This document shows, in pieces, positions 1-9,470 of a DNA stretch of 64,000 nucleotides; within the stretch, counting starts at the first letter, position 1, and the number at the start of each line of letters is the position of its first letter. This DNA comes from a virus. The stretch lies in IMG/VR virus record IMGVR_UViG_3300017646_000001, positions 1 through 64,000 of that record. One strand, given 5' to 3'. The notes under the pieces were generated by a model. It was not told the DNA's origin and did not search any database. It saw only the letters and a program-made list of their open reading frames with translations. Both the position numbers and the translations under genes were made by a program.

Positions 1-1
1 C

Positions 2-1294
2 GGAGCTGGGCCGTTCGCCGTGTCGGCTTCTGGTCTGGTGATGCGTTCGGACAATCGGGCTCTCGCCCCGTACCGGGATCAATTCATCGTTGAGCCCGCC
101 GCTGACCCGACCGTGGTGTTGCCTGAAGACGAACCAGGCGAAGTAACCGTAGTGGACGGCGGTCCGGTGTCGTTCAAGAATGAAGACGGCATGTTGCTAC
201 ATGGCATCGGTTATCCGGCCACCAAAATGGTGGTGGCGTCCAACACCAAGATCGAACTGGGCCTGTGCTCCGCGCCGTATCAGGCCAGCCCGGAAGATCC
301 TGCAGATGGCAAATACGCGCTCTACCTGCAGCCCGAACAAGACTGGAACGTGGCATTCTCGGCTGGCCTGCTGGAAGGCTCGACTCACCGAATCACCGAC
401 TTGTACGACGTGCGCTTGACCTTCTTCGGCAACGCGACCGGTGCGGAAGACGGCCATCGCCTGATTCTGCGTCTAATTCCCAAAGCGGGCGACCAGCTGG
501 GCTACGACTGGTTCGATGGCGGTGAAGTGCGGATTACCGATTCGACCACCGACGCAGAAGGTCGGGTTTCCCAGAACATCCAGCGCTACTCGTTCTATAA
601 CGGCTTCGTTTACCCCGTTCTGCAGCCTTATGCCAGCCCGCGCGGCACGTTCAAAGTGCGGCTGGAAGCCCGACTGCTGGCCGATCCTGAAGCCGACCCC
701 GTGGTGTCCGAGATCACTATCGAAGCCCTGAATCGTGACCAGCCTGGCGATGACGACACGCCGGAACTGGAGTCGATCGCTGTCACCGGGCTGGATGCGG
801 GCTTGGAAGTGGGCGGTACCGCTCAAGCCACCGCCACTGGCTCGCTCAACGACGGGTCCACCACCAACCTGACCGATGTCGTGACCTGGGCCTCGACCGA
901 CGAGGAAGTGGCCACGGTGGATGCCGACGGTCTGGTGACTGCCGTGGGTGCGGGCACTGCGTCGATCACCGCTACCCTCGAATCGGTAGTGGGTTCGGCC
1001 GAAGTGACGGTTACAGCTGCAGCCGTGGCTCCGACCATCTCCACCACTACGCTGCCGAACGGTACTGAAGGCGTGGCCTACGAGCAGACTCTGGCTGCGT
1101 CCGGCGACTCTCCGATCACTTGGTCCGTTTCCAATGGCGCACTGCCGGACGGTTTGAGCCTGAGCGCAGCGGGCGTGATTTCGGGTACTCCCACTACGGC
1201 GGCGGAAAACGTGGCGTTTCAAGTGACCGCCACCAACGACGCCGGCTCGGACACTCAAGATCTGACGCTGACGATCGAAGCTGCTGGCGAATAA
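2..1294 (+). CDS. Virion protein with C-terminal Ig-like domains (Big_2 plus putative Ig/He_PIG); probably 5'-truncated by the window edge
   Basis: C-terminal VTWASTDEEVATVDADGLVTAVGAGTASITAT (Big_2) and TTTLPNG..GVAY.QTL.ASG....WS...GALPDGLSL...GVISGTPT (He_PIG). The frame is open back to position 2. Confidence 0.8.
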   Translation, partial: GAGPFAVSASGLVMRSDNRALAPYRDQFIVEPAADPTVVLPEDEPGEVTVVDGGPVSFKNEDGMLLHGIGYPATKMVVASNTKIELGLCSAPYQASPEDPADGKYALYLQPEQDWNVAFSAGLLEGSTHRITDLYDVRLTFFGNATGAEDGHRLILRLIPKAGDQLGYDWFDGGEVRITDSTTDAEGRVSQNIQRYSFYNGFVYPVLQPYASPRGTFKVRLEARLLADPEADPVVSEITIEALNRDQPGDDDTPELESIAVTGLDAGLEVGGTAQATATGSLNDGSTTNLTDVVTWASTDEEVATVDADGLVTAVGAGTASITATLESVVGSAEVTVTAAAVAPTISTTTLPNGTEGVAYEQTLAASGDSPITWSVSNGALPDGLSLSAAGVISGTPTTAAENVAFQVTATNDAGSDTQDLTLTIEAAGE

Positions 1295-1309
1295 CCGGAG
1301 AACTACGCG

Positions 1310-2086
1310 ATGCCCGCTCCGGATCGCCTCAAAATGCTCAAGGGGATCATCTATGCCCCCTTGGGTGTTCCTGTACTACCTGTAGAGCTGGAGTTTAACG
1401 TCGACTTAGACGTGGCTCCGGCTCTCGCCAAGTACTATAAGTACTTGCCCATTCTGCACACCGAGTCCTATATCGTGAATCGAACGCGCGAGTTGCGTAT
1501 TCGGCACGCGGACATCATCTACAATTACGTGCACCGCCAGATTCCACAACCCGTGGATCCTGTGTACCCAGCGCCACCCGTACCGCCGCCCCAGCCGGAC
1601 GACCCGCCTGCAGACGAATTCTTTTACATCGGCGTGGCCGATCACAAGATTCGTCACCAGATCGGTCAAAACGCGTTTAACCAGAATTTACTCGGCTTAA
1701 ACGTTGGGGTTCCCATTGCTAACCCAATGGAGAACTTGCAGATGGCGACCATGATTGACATCAGCACGGGCGACACGTATATGGAGGAGGACTTCGTACG
1801 CGAAGAGACTCGTTTCACGTTCGGCGGCATGGGTAACTTTGCTGCTACCTACGCGCTCGGTTGCTGGGACTACAACAAGGTTCCGTTGCGCCACCTGGAG
1901 TATTTTGCAGCGATCGTAGGAGAGCAGTACTACGAGCGTATCTATGCCGTGCGCCAAACTGGTAGCTTTACTTCGTCTGACTTCAAGATTGACACCAATC
2001 AGCTTAAGAGCGTATTGGAAGCAAACAAGAAGAAGGTCGAAGATATGACGCAAAACTTGGCCTTGATGGCCGTGACGATGGGATAA
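1310..2086 (+). CDS. Putative neck/head-tail adaptor protein
   Basis: GGAG RBS, position upstream of the sheath gene, size; function inferred from synteny only. Confidence 0.45.
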   Translation: MPAPDRLKMLKGIIYAPLGVPVLPVELEFNVDLDVAPALAKYYKYLPILHTESYIVNRTRELRIRHADIIYNYVHRQIPQPVDPVYPAPPVPPPQPDDPPADEFFYIGVADHKIRHQIGQNAFNQNLLGLNVGVPIANPMENLQMATMIDISTGDTYMEEDFVREETRFTFGGMGNFAATYALGCWDYNKVPLRHLEYFAAIVGEQYYERIYAVRQTGSFTSSDFKIDTNQLKSVLEANKKKVEDMTQNLALMAVTMG

Positions 2087-2088
2087 CC

Positions 2089-2595
2089 GTGCCGTTTACT
2101 GACGCTAGCGAGCTGTATCAAATCCAGGAAGGGCGAGCCACCCGTTCCTTCACTGATTTGCTGGCCGGAACACGCATAATCAACCCGTTAATGTTGGATC
2201 GAGCCGACTCGTACAACTACCAGTACGGCGACCTCAAGGTTCAGCACAATAAACGGTTTAAAGCGGTCCAGTGCACGGCAGCTGTGCACCGTAAGGAATC
2301 TGAAAAGACCTACAAGTGCGTGATCGATTTCTTTGGCGTGGAGGACGGTGAAAAGCCTTCTTTTTCCAAGAGCCCGTGCCGCGTGTCGTGCTCCTGCCGC
2401 GCCTATTATTTCTACTTCGCGCATCCCAATACCATCAAAGATGCGCACGCTCGCGGTCGGATGCGTCCGTACGTCCCCAAGCCGCCACCCAAGAAGAAGG
2501 TCGGGCCGTGGAACCCAAACGACGTACCCGGCGTGTGCAAGCATCTAGCCGCGTTCGGCCAGCTTTTGCGCGACTCCAACTATTTACTCCCATAA
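2089..2595 (+). CDS. SWIM-type zinc-finger protein
   Basis: VSCSCRAYYFY ... GVCKHL matches CxC...CxH. Confidence 0.65.
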   Translation: MPFTDASELYQIQEGRATRSFTDLLAGTRIINPLMLDRADSYNYQYGDLKVQHNKRFKAVQCTAAVHRKESEKTYKCVIDFFGVEDGEKPSFSKSPCRVSCSCRAYYFYFAHPNTIKDAHARGRMRPYVPKPPPKKKVGPWNPNDVPGVCKHLAAFGQLLRDSNYLLP

Positions 2596-2607
2596 GGAAG
2601 AACATTC

Positions 2608-3201
2608 ATGCAAATCGCACGGCTCCCCGACCACGACGAGCAGGAAGTGGTGTATCAGGTGGAGGACCCCACTACGATCCAGCACGTGTTCTACCTATCG
2701 GTTAACACCGAGACTCGCACGATCTCGGTGTCCAGCATCGGCCCAGATGGCACGGCTGACGAAGCAGACACCGTGCTGGTAGCTTCCCGTCTCGACGTCT
2801 CCAGCTATGAGCCCGGAGATGAATCCATTTCCTGGGAATACAAGGGCGCAGCCGACTTGGCCGATAAGCTAGAGAAGCTAATCGGTCAGCATTCCGCCAT
2901 TGTATTGACTGATCTAGGCGTGTCCGCTGCTCAAGATCCTAACGATCCGGAGTGGCAGAGCGGTATGGAGCAGCCGGAAAACCCGACTCAGCTGCAGACG
3001 CCAGATTTGGCCCGAGTCACTGACATGGAAGTAAACTTCGATCCCTCTGAGTTCCCGGCTGCCGGGCCTGCGCCCGAAGACGAACCGAATGCGGCAGACG
3101 CTAATTCCTTCGAATTCGACCCCAGCGGTACAGGGGACGAGCCTCCACCTGAAGACGGTGGGGAAACGGATGACGGGGAAGAAGAGGAGAACCAATCATG
3201 A
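2608..3201 (+). CDS. Acidic hypothetical protein with low-complexity C-terminus
   Basis: AAGGAAG RBS, ATGA overlap with next gene, D/E/P-rich tail. Confidence 0.6.
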   Translation: MQIARLPDHDEQEVVYQVEDPTTIQHVFYLSVNTETRTISVSSIGPDGTADEADTVLVASRLDVSSYEPGDESISWEYKGAADLADKLEKLIGQHSAIVLTDLGVSAAQDPNDPEWQSGMEQPENPTQLQTPDLARVTDMEVNFDPSEFPAAGPAPEDEPNAADANSFEFDPSGTGDEPPPEDGGETDDGEEEENQS

Positions 3202-3866
3202 TTGGCGTCATCGATCCGCTACCCGAGTTCCGGTCTTTCAAGATCGGAACCGCGTTTAACTATACCAAGTCGGTAAATGACACCAACTTGCACGGTACGG
3301 CTGTGTTCCAAGGCGATCTACCTGAGCCACTGGAGTACGACAACGGGGCGTTTGAGTTCCGCATTACCCTGGATTCGACCATCGGCGACTTCATGTTCGG
3401 GGAGGTTGGCCTGTTTGACAACGCGGGACAGCTAATCGACTTAGCCGTCTCCACGGTGCGGTTACATAAGTTCAAGAGTACCGAAGAGCGCAGCGGAAAT
3501 TCGTTTATCGTCTCGCTCTTGTACGTGAAAAGCGAGTTCGGATACCAGCTCTACGTCAACTTCTACGAATTCGGCAATATCAATCTGGATGACTACCTGC
3601 ACTATGTAAGCTGCTGCGAGGATCGCGTACAGCTGCGCGGCGTGGATGGTACGCTGGTTACGGGCCTAGCGGACGGTGCGGTCGAGGAAGACTCTCGTGA
3701 CGCGGTAAACGGCCACCAACTGTGGTCAGTGCAGCAGGACGCCATCCAAGCTCTTACCGCGTTAACGCATGGCGTAGGGAATAACGCGGACGCCATACGT
3801 GGCTTGGGTGATCGCGTCCAGCTTTTGGAAGCCCAAGTGCAGACGCTAATGAACCAACAGGGATAA
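3198..3866 (+). CDS. Collar/fibre-like protein with YadA-stalk-like motif and coiled-coil end
   Basis: IGDFMFGEVGLFD parallels VGDFDYGEVCLY in the fibre at 18583; VTGLADGAVEEDSRDAVNGHQL is an adhesin neck motif. Confidence 0.55.
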   Translation: MIGVIDPLPEFRSFKIGTAFNYTKSVNDTNLHGTAVFQGDLPEPLEYDNGAFEFRITLDSTIGDFMFGEVGLFDNAGQLIDLAVSTVRLHKFKSTEERSGNSFIVSLLYVKSEFGYQLYVNFYEFGNINLDDYLHYVSCCEDRVQLRGVDGTLVTGLADGAVEEDSRDAVNGHQLWSVQQDAIQALTALTHGVGNNADAIRGLGDRVQLLEAQVQTLMNQQG

Positions 3867-3870
3867 CTCC

Positions 3871-4317
3871 GTGGCTGACCGCAACCACGTAACTACTCAC
3901 GACGTATACTTAGCCGGATTAAACGCGTACTCCGGTCTGCGCCATCAGTTCATCGAACAGCGTGGTATGGACGTAATTTTTCGGTCCAACCAGATGGTGA
4001 ATATCAAGGATGAGATGGGCGATATAATCAATGAGTCTACCTATGTGGACTCTCGGATTAAGCTCGTCTTTAACTTGGTAGAGTACTATTCGGTGCTCAA
4101 TGCTTACCTGCATGGCACGAATGAAAACGGCATGACGCTACGCGCTGCTTGCGACTTAGCGTTAGTAGTGCGTGCAGGGGATCGGGTTCGATTTACCCAT
4201 CAGCTCATTCCTGGCATTCATGAAGACAAAGAGTGGCAAGTCGTAGACGTGCCGGTGCAAATTCACGTGCAACCTGTCTCGAAAGCGCTTAAGCTGGCTC
4301 CGCTGCGAGACGTATGA
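3871..4317 (+). CDS. Putative head closure/neck protein
   Basis: Beta-rich, GDRVRF...WQVVDV pattern typical of head-closure proteins; synteny. Confidence 0.45.
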   Translation: MADRNHVTTHDVYLAGLNAYSGLRHQFIEQRGMDVIFRSNQMVNIKDEMGDIINESTYVDSRIKLVFNLVEYYSVLNAYLHGTNENGMTLRAACDLALVVRAGDRVRFTHQLIPGIHEDKEWQVVDVPVQIHVQPVSKALKLAPLRDV

Positions 4318-5228
4318 CCACCCCCACTTTTCGTTCCCCGTACGCTTCTACTACCTTAGTCGCCCTTACTTTGGGCGCACAAGCGTACTACGATCGTCTG
4401 AAGCAGTACGTCCCCAATTTGCGCGGCGTTACGATGACGGTAGAGGACGCGCCCGACGTCGATCTGGACCGCATCCGGGAAGTGAATCAGCGCATCGCTA
4501 CTGACCCCGATTCAGTAGAGCCCGCTCCGCGTCCCGTGCCGCCTGGGCCCGCTACGGACTCCCCCAACACGGTAGAAGAGCCCGAGCTGCTGAATCGTAC
4601 GCTGCTACCATACGTAGTAATTACCCCGATCGGCTTAGAGAGCATCCTTAAGAACGTCGTTCCCGAAAACAAATTTCAAGTCAAGTACTTGGACGTGAAC
4701 GGGGTGTGGAGATACGCTAGCACGCGCGCTGTGGAAATGCGTATCAAAGCGAAGATCTACACTACTAACTATCTGCAGGCCATGATGTTCATGGAGTACC
4801 TGCTGGCCACATTCCCCAACACGTTTCAGTTTCAGTACCCGCTGTTTAATCTTCCGTACGCTTCAGAAGACGACTCGGAAGTCGAGTCTACCGTGCAGGT
4901 CTCCACACCGGGCATCTCACGGATTAAGCGGCTGAAGGAAGACGGCCAGTTGTACCGCGTCGAACAGGACTTAACCTTCCGCGTAACCATGGTCGTATTA
5001 CCGCCCGGCAACCAGAACGACAACGGGTCCAGCATAGTACCCGACCCGAATGACCCATGCCAAGAATATAACAACGATCTCAAGCTAATCCAACGTATTA
5101 ACCTGGATATATGGCACGGCATGGTGCAAGCCGAAGACTTCTCCAATTGGATGGGAGGAGCCCGTATAACTGAATCGGGCACTCAAATCATGCAAAACCC
5201 GACCGCCAAGGATGGCCACAATGAGTAA
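4314..5228 (+). CDS. Putative tail terminator/sheath stabiliser (gp15-like)
   Basis: LPYVVITPIG motif, position just before the sheath gene. Confidence 0.45.
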   Translation: MTTPTFRSPYASTTLVALTLGAQAYYDRLKQYVPNLRGVTMTVEDAPDVDLDRIREVNQRIATDPDSVEPAPRPVPPGPATDSPNTVEEPELLNRTLLPYVVITPIGLESILKNVVPENKFQVKYLDVNGVWRYASTRAVEMRIKAKIYTTNYLQAMMFMEYLLATFPNTFQFQYPLFNLPYASEDDSEVESTVQVSTPGISRIKRLKEDGQLYRVEQDLTFRVTMVVLPPGNQNDNGSSIVPDPNDPCQEYNNDLKLIQRINLDIWHGMVQAEDFSNWMGGARITESGTQIMQNPTAKDGHNE

Positions 5229-5460
5229 CCAAAAGATCAAGGTCCGCAACCTTTCGCCGTTCGCTGTGCCGGTCTACACCGACGCCGGCCCTGACGCTGC
5301 GACCGTGATCCCAGCGCGCTCGACCGTGTGGGTGGACGGCACTGAAATCCAGCGCCCGACCGAGAAAGAGATTCAGGAGCGCGGCTTGAAGCTGCGCGTA
5401 ATGGATCACTATCCGGCTAAGTCGGACAAGCCCGCCAAGAAATCCACCGCGAACAAGTAA
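5221..5460 (+). CDS. Small basic hypothetical protein preceding sheath
   Basis: AAGGA RBS, biased codon usage, position typical of small pre-sheath genes. Confidence 0.55.
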   Translation: MSNQKIKVRNLSPFAVPVYTDAGPDAATVIPARSTVWVDGTEIQRPTEKEIQERGLKLRVMDHYPAKSDKPAKKSTANK

Positions 5461-5478
5461 CGCTGGAGAATCCAGATC

Positions 5479-7137
5479 ATGAGTAAGTATCTCGCCCCTG
5501 GCGTATACGGTAATGTCACCAACCTGAGCCAAATTACGGCGCTCGCCAGTGGCTCTACGGGCGGTATTGTGCTGCAGGCCAATCAGGGCCCGAAGGGCAT
5601 GTACTACGCCACCCAGGTCAAGCGCCTGCTGAATCGGTACGGTAACCCCGACTCGGGACGCGCCAAGGCGCTGTGGGCAGCAATGGCCATGATCAAGGCC
5701 GGCGGTCCGGTCTGGGTGAATAACGTTAGCCACGGTGACGACACCACGGCCTATGTAGCGTTTACGTCCGAAGACGCCACGCTGCAGACTCCGCTGTTTG
5801 ATCCGACCGCTCACGAATTCGCGGAAGGTGAGCTGTTCATCATCTACGCGGCCGGTCCGGGCGAGTTTTATTCGACTAAGGGAGTGCGCGTCAGCTCTGT
5901 AGCCGAAGACGGCAAGACGTTCACCCTACAGGTGGTGGATTCGGCGAACACCAACGTTCCGCTCGAAACCTTCACCGTATCGCTGGATAAGCGTACTACG
6001 CCGGGCGGCACGCAGACGTTCATTGAGAATGTTGTAAACAGCCAAAGCCAATACATTCGCGCCATGGTCAACCCCGAGTTGACCGGCTTGATGAACGGCA
6101 CGATCTCGTACGGCCAGAGCGGTGCGACCCTTACCGGCGTCGTGGTTGACCCTACCCCCGACGTACCGGGAATTAACGACGCCGAATGGGAAGGCATCAT
6201 TCAGGCCATCACTCCCGCCCCCAATGACCTGATTTATCTGTCGGGTGGTACGCTGGGCAGCTTGCTCACCAACGCTGACGTGATCAACGGTTGGGACGAG
6301 ATGCGTAAGGTGAACAAGTATAACGTTAACGTGCTGCTGAACGGCGGTTACGCGACGTTGGAAGTGCATCAGGCCATGATTAGCGTGGCTCGCGAGCGTG
6401 GAGACGCTTGGGCGGTGCTAGACGCGCCACCCGACGTGCGTACTCCCGAAGCGCTGGTGGCGTACCGCAAGACCTTGCCCTACGAACGGTGGGGCTCGCT
6501 CTACGCGCCCGAGTACACTATCTATTCGCCCTACACGGACGAAAACGTGAACGTGCCCGCTTCAGGCGCGGTGGGCGCGGTGACGGCCTACTCCGACTTC
6601 ACCAAGGACGTCTGGTGGGCTCCGGCTGGTCCGAACCGTGGTAAAGTACCCGATGCGATCGGTCTGCCCGTCGAATTCGAGCAAGAAGACATCGAACTGA
6701 TGTACCCCGAATCGGTGAATAATATCGTCAACCAAGACGGTATTGGCATCGCAGTTTGGGGCCAGCGCACCCTGCTCCAAGACGACTCCAGCCTGTGGTC
6801 GGTCAACGTGCACCGCCTGCTCTGCGTGCTGATGAAGAGCATGGCCTCGTACCTCAAGTACAGCCTGTTCGAACAGAACGACGAGATCACGCGCGAGGCC
6901 ATCACGGCTACCCTCAACCAGTTCCTGGAGAAGGTCAAAAACCGGCGCGGCCTGTATCGCTACAAGGTGGTGTGCGACGATTCGAACAACACGCCCCAAG
7001 ATATCGACGAACTGACGCTGAACGTGGACGTCTACCTGCAACCGACGCGTGCTGCCGAATTCATCGCGCTGAACTCGATCCTGACGCGCACCGGGGCCTC
7101 GTTCGAAACCACCACGGGCGTCGAAGCCTCTTTCTAA
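5479..7137 (+). CDS. Tail sheath protein (gp18-like)
   Basis: YLAPGVY start, WWAPAGPNRG, WGQRTL, VNVHRLL, VVCDDSNNTP, LQPTRAAEFI. Confidence 0.97.
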   Translation: MSKYLAPGVYGNVTNLSQITALASGSTGGIVLQANQGPKGMYYATQVKRLLNRYGNPDSGRAKALWAAMAMIKAGGPVWVNNVSHGDDTTAYVAFTSEDATLQTPLFDPTAHEFAEGELFIIYAAGPGEFYSTKGVRVSSVAEDGKTFTLQVVDSANTNVPLETFTVSLDKRTTPGGTQTFIENVVNSQSQYIRAMVNPELTGLMNGTISYGQSGATLTGVVVDPTPDVPGINDAEWEGIIQAITPAPNDLIYLSGGTLGSLLTNADVINGWDEMRKVNKYNVNVLLNGGYATLEVHQAMISVARERGDAWAVLDAPPDVRTPEALVAYRKTLPYERWGSLYAPEYTIYSPYTDENVNVPASGAVGAVTAYSDFTKDVWWAPAGPNRGKVPDAIGLPVEFEQEDIELMYPESVNNIVNQDGIGIAVWGQRTLLQDDSSLWSVNVHRLLCVLMKSMASYLKYSLFEQNDEITREAITATLNQFLEKVKNRRGLYRYKVVCDDSNNTPQDIDELTLNVDVYLQPTRAAEFIALNSILTRTGASFETTTGVEASF

Positions 7138-7155
7138 GCATCGGAGTACAGGACT

Positions 7156-7662
7156 ATGCCTCCCGTCGAAATTGGTCAGGTCACCGGAATCACCGACTTC
7201 CTGCAGCCGGATCACTTCAGCTTTTTGATTCCCGTCTTGCCTGGCGGCGGGGACTCGGAAGCGTTCCACATTCGGAACCTGACCGCCATTCTACCCGGTC
7301 GTGCCAACCAAGTGGTGCAGGGTGAAATGCACCGGTTCAAGATCAACCGCGCTGGCAAGCCTATCTACCAGCACACGTTCACGGCGACCTATATGGACGC
7401 TACGGACAAGAAAATCTTGGACGGCATTCAGGCCTGGCAGAACATGGTCAACAACCCGGAGACCGGCCTGCCCAACCCGAGCGACATGTACATGACGACC
7501 GGCTTGGCCATGCTGTATGACATGAACAATCGGGTGGTCGAGCGGCGCGAGTTCCACAACCTGTGGATCAGCAACTTCCAGGACCTCAGCCTGGATGGCG
7601 CGTCGGCTTCCATGGCCCGCTTCAGCATCCAGTTCACGTACGACTACTGGCTGCGTCGTTAA
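7156..7662 (+). CDS. Tail tube protein (gp19-like)
   Basis: Follows sheath; 168 aa; ends FSIQFTYDYW. Confidence 0.9.
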   Translation: MPPVEIGQVTGITDFLQPDHFSFLIPVLPGGGDSEAFHIRNLTAILPGRANQVVQGEMHRFKINRAGKPIYQHTFTATYMDATDKKILDGIQAWQNMVNNPETGLPNPSDMYMTTGLAMLYDMNNRVVERREFHNLWISNFQDLSLDGASASMARFSIQFTYDYWLRR

Positions 7663-7671
7663 TCGAACGCC

Positions 7672-8445
7672 GTGTTTACTCCTAACACTTCTAGCGTGAC
7701 GAGCGGGGTAGGTACTACCCTGTCTCGTACGCTTGACCAGTCGCTCGATAACGTGGTCCGCAACCTTGCAGGCTACGCGTCGGGCGCGGTGCAGGGTTGG
7801 GTACAAAACCAGATCGATCGACTACGTCTACGCATTCCATCCGAGATCGAAGGCATTCTCTCGTTCTTGCTGCGCGACTCCACCATGGATCCGCTGCAGA
7901 ACCTGATGTATCGCGTTCAAATCGGAGGGCAATCCTTTGACCCGGGCGTGATTCAGGGTGTAAACATCCCTCAAGTCCAAATCGAGTATCGGTCTCAAAA
8001 GCAGAAGAACCGCCGCGTTTGGTACCCGACTGGGAACATCAATATCGATGATCTGACGATTACGTTTTTAGAGAATCGTAACGGCGATATAGCTTCCTTC
8101 TTTGACCAAAATAGGCGTAGCGTATACAACCCCGAAACGGGACGCTACAACCTGCCCGGAATGTACAAGAAAGACATCCAGGTCTCTCTGCTGGGGTATG
8201 GTAATAACACCGAAGTAATCGGATTCAAATTCAAAGGATGCTCACCAGCCAGTGGTTCCACCTACAACATGAGTATTGCAGGTGGCTCCTTCATAACTCC
8301 TTCCCTGACTTGGAAGGTGGACGATTACTCCATCACGGTGGCCGGTCAAGAAATTGAATACGGCGCACTGGAAGACTTCATTCAAACCTTGGCCAACGAC
8401 GGCCTTAGCATTGTAAAAAGGGCCGTCTCTTACGTAGGACTGTGA
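7672..8445 (+). CDS. Tube-like baseplate/tail tube initiator (gp54-like)
   Basis: DDLTITFLEN...YKKDIQV...FKGCSP tube-fold pattern; synteny. Confidence 0.65.
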   Translation: MFTPNTSSVTSGVGTTLSRTLDQSLDNVVRNLAGYASGAVQGWVQNQIDRLRLRIPSEIEGILSFLLRDSTMDPLQNLMYRVQIGGQSFDPGVIQGVNIPQVQIEYRSQKQKNRRVWYPTGNINIDDLTITFLENRNGDIASFFDQNRRSVYNPETGRYNLPGMYKKDIQVSLLGYGNNTEVIGFKFKGCSPASGSTYNMSIAGGSFITPSLTWKVDDYSITVAGQEIEYGALEDFIQTLANDGLSIVKRAVSYVGL

Positions 8446-8446
8446 T

Positions 8447-9244
8447 ATGTCGCTCGAAGACGCTCCCGACAACATCTTCATGCGCCGTAGCTCGGCGCAC
8501 AAAAGTATTCGGGCTCGACAGGAACCTGTAGTCGCTCCCAGCGAGCCTGATCAGCCCGATGCTGCACCGACCCATTTACCCGTGTATGAAGTAGAGCTTC
8601 CTAGTAAGGGATACTTCTACAACGGCGTAAAACACGTGTCGGTAAGCCCGATGACGGTGAGCCAGATACGCCAGCTATACGGGTTGCGCACCGTGGAAAA
8701 TCAGTACAATCGGTGGCGTGGCATTGTGAACGTAGTAGGCCGCTGCTTACACGGGTTTGACGTGATGCGGCTTACTTGGCCCGACTTCGAGTTCCTGATG
8801 TACTGGATTCGGCTGAACACCTACAAGCAGAGCCCGTATATCATTGTGTGGAACTGGACACCGCCTGATTGGACTACGGCCAAAGAGGTGTCGACGCGGG
8901 TAATGTTCAACGATTTTGAGATCATTGAACTGCCTCCGCACCGCGAGTTTCGATACGGCTACCAGCGAGTCGAAGATCGGCTGTCCGCTATGCTACTAGA
9001 GGACGACAGCGCTCGCTGGGTAGCTCAGATGGCTGCTTGCTGGCCGCACGGCAAAGACCTGGAAGACAAGATCGCCCGTCTGGACCACCAACCTGCTGAA
9101 ACCTTGACCGACCTGCAACGACATTTGAACGAGGCGCGGCACGGCATCATTGCGTCGATCGAGCTGTCTGATCCAGACTACCCCGAACACGGTCCATTCC
9201 GCCACGAACTGAAGGTGGACGTCGACGATTTTTTCCCATCGTAG
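8447..9244 (+). CDS. Tail/baseplate hub assembly chaperone (gp26-like)
   Basis: YEVELPSKGYFY...PMTV, LTWPDFEFLMYWIRLNTY, C-terminal DDFFP; upstream of tape measure. Confidence 0.8.
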   Translation: MSLEDAPDNIFMRRSSAHKSIRARQEPVVAPSEPDQPDAAPTHLPVYEVELPSKGYFYNGVKHVSVSPMTVSQIRQLYGLRTVENQYNRWRGIVNVVGRCLHGFDVMRLTWPDFEFLMYWIRLNTYKQSPYIIVWNWTPPDWTTAKEVSTRVMFNDFEIIELPPHREFRYGYQRVEDRLSAMLLEDDSARWVAQMAACWPHGKDLEDKIARLDHQPAETLTDLQRHLNEARHGIIASIELSDPDYPEHGPFRHELKVDVDDFFPS

Positions 9245-9408
9245 CCGAGACCGACTTGATGTCCATGCGCACCTACCTTCTGCAGCATCGCTCTTATTAC
9301 TACCCAGACACCGGGCTGTGGAGCGACTTCGTGATGCTGTACGAAAAGACGGTCGACGACATCAATAAGGAAAACATGGCGAAGCAAGGGCTGGTTGCTT
9401 CCGACTAA
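9229..9408 (+). CDS. -1 frameshift extension of the chaperone (gp51/gpT-like part)
   Basis: Slippery T TTT TTC at 9229-9235; the -1 frame reads FFPIVAETDLMSMRTYLLQHRSYYYPDTGLWSDFVMLYEKTVDDINKENMAKQGLVASD to TAA 9408. Confidence 0.7.
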   Translation, partial: FFPIVAETDLMSMRTYLLQHRSYYYPDTGLWSDFVMLYEKTVDDINKENMAKQGLVASD

Positions 9409-9470
9409 AGTGCGCTCTACTCGGCGGCGCACTACTCTTTTGTATAGTTCAAATAAGCGAGCATAATGCT

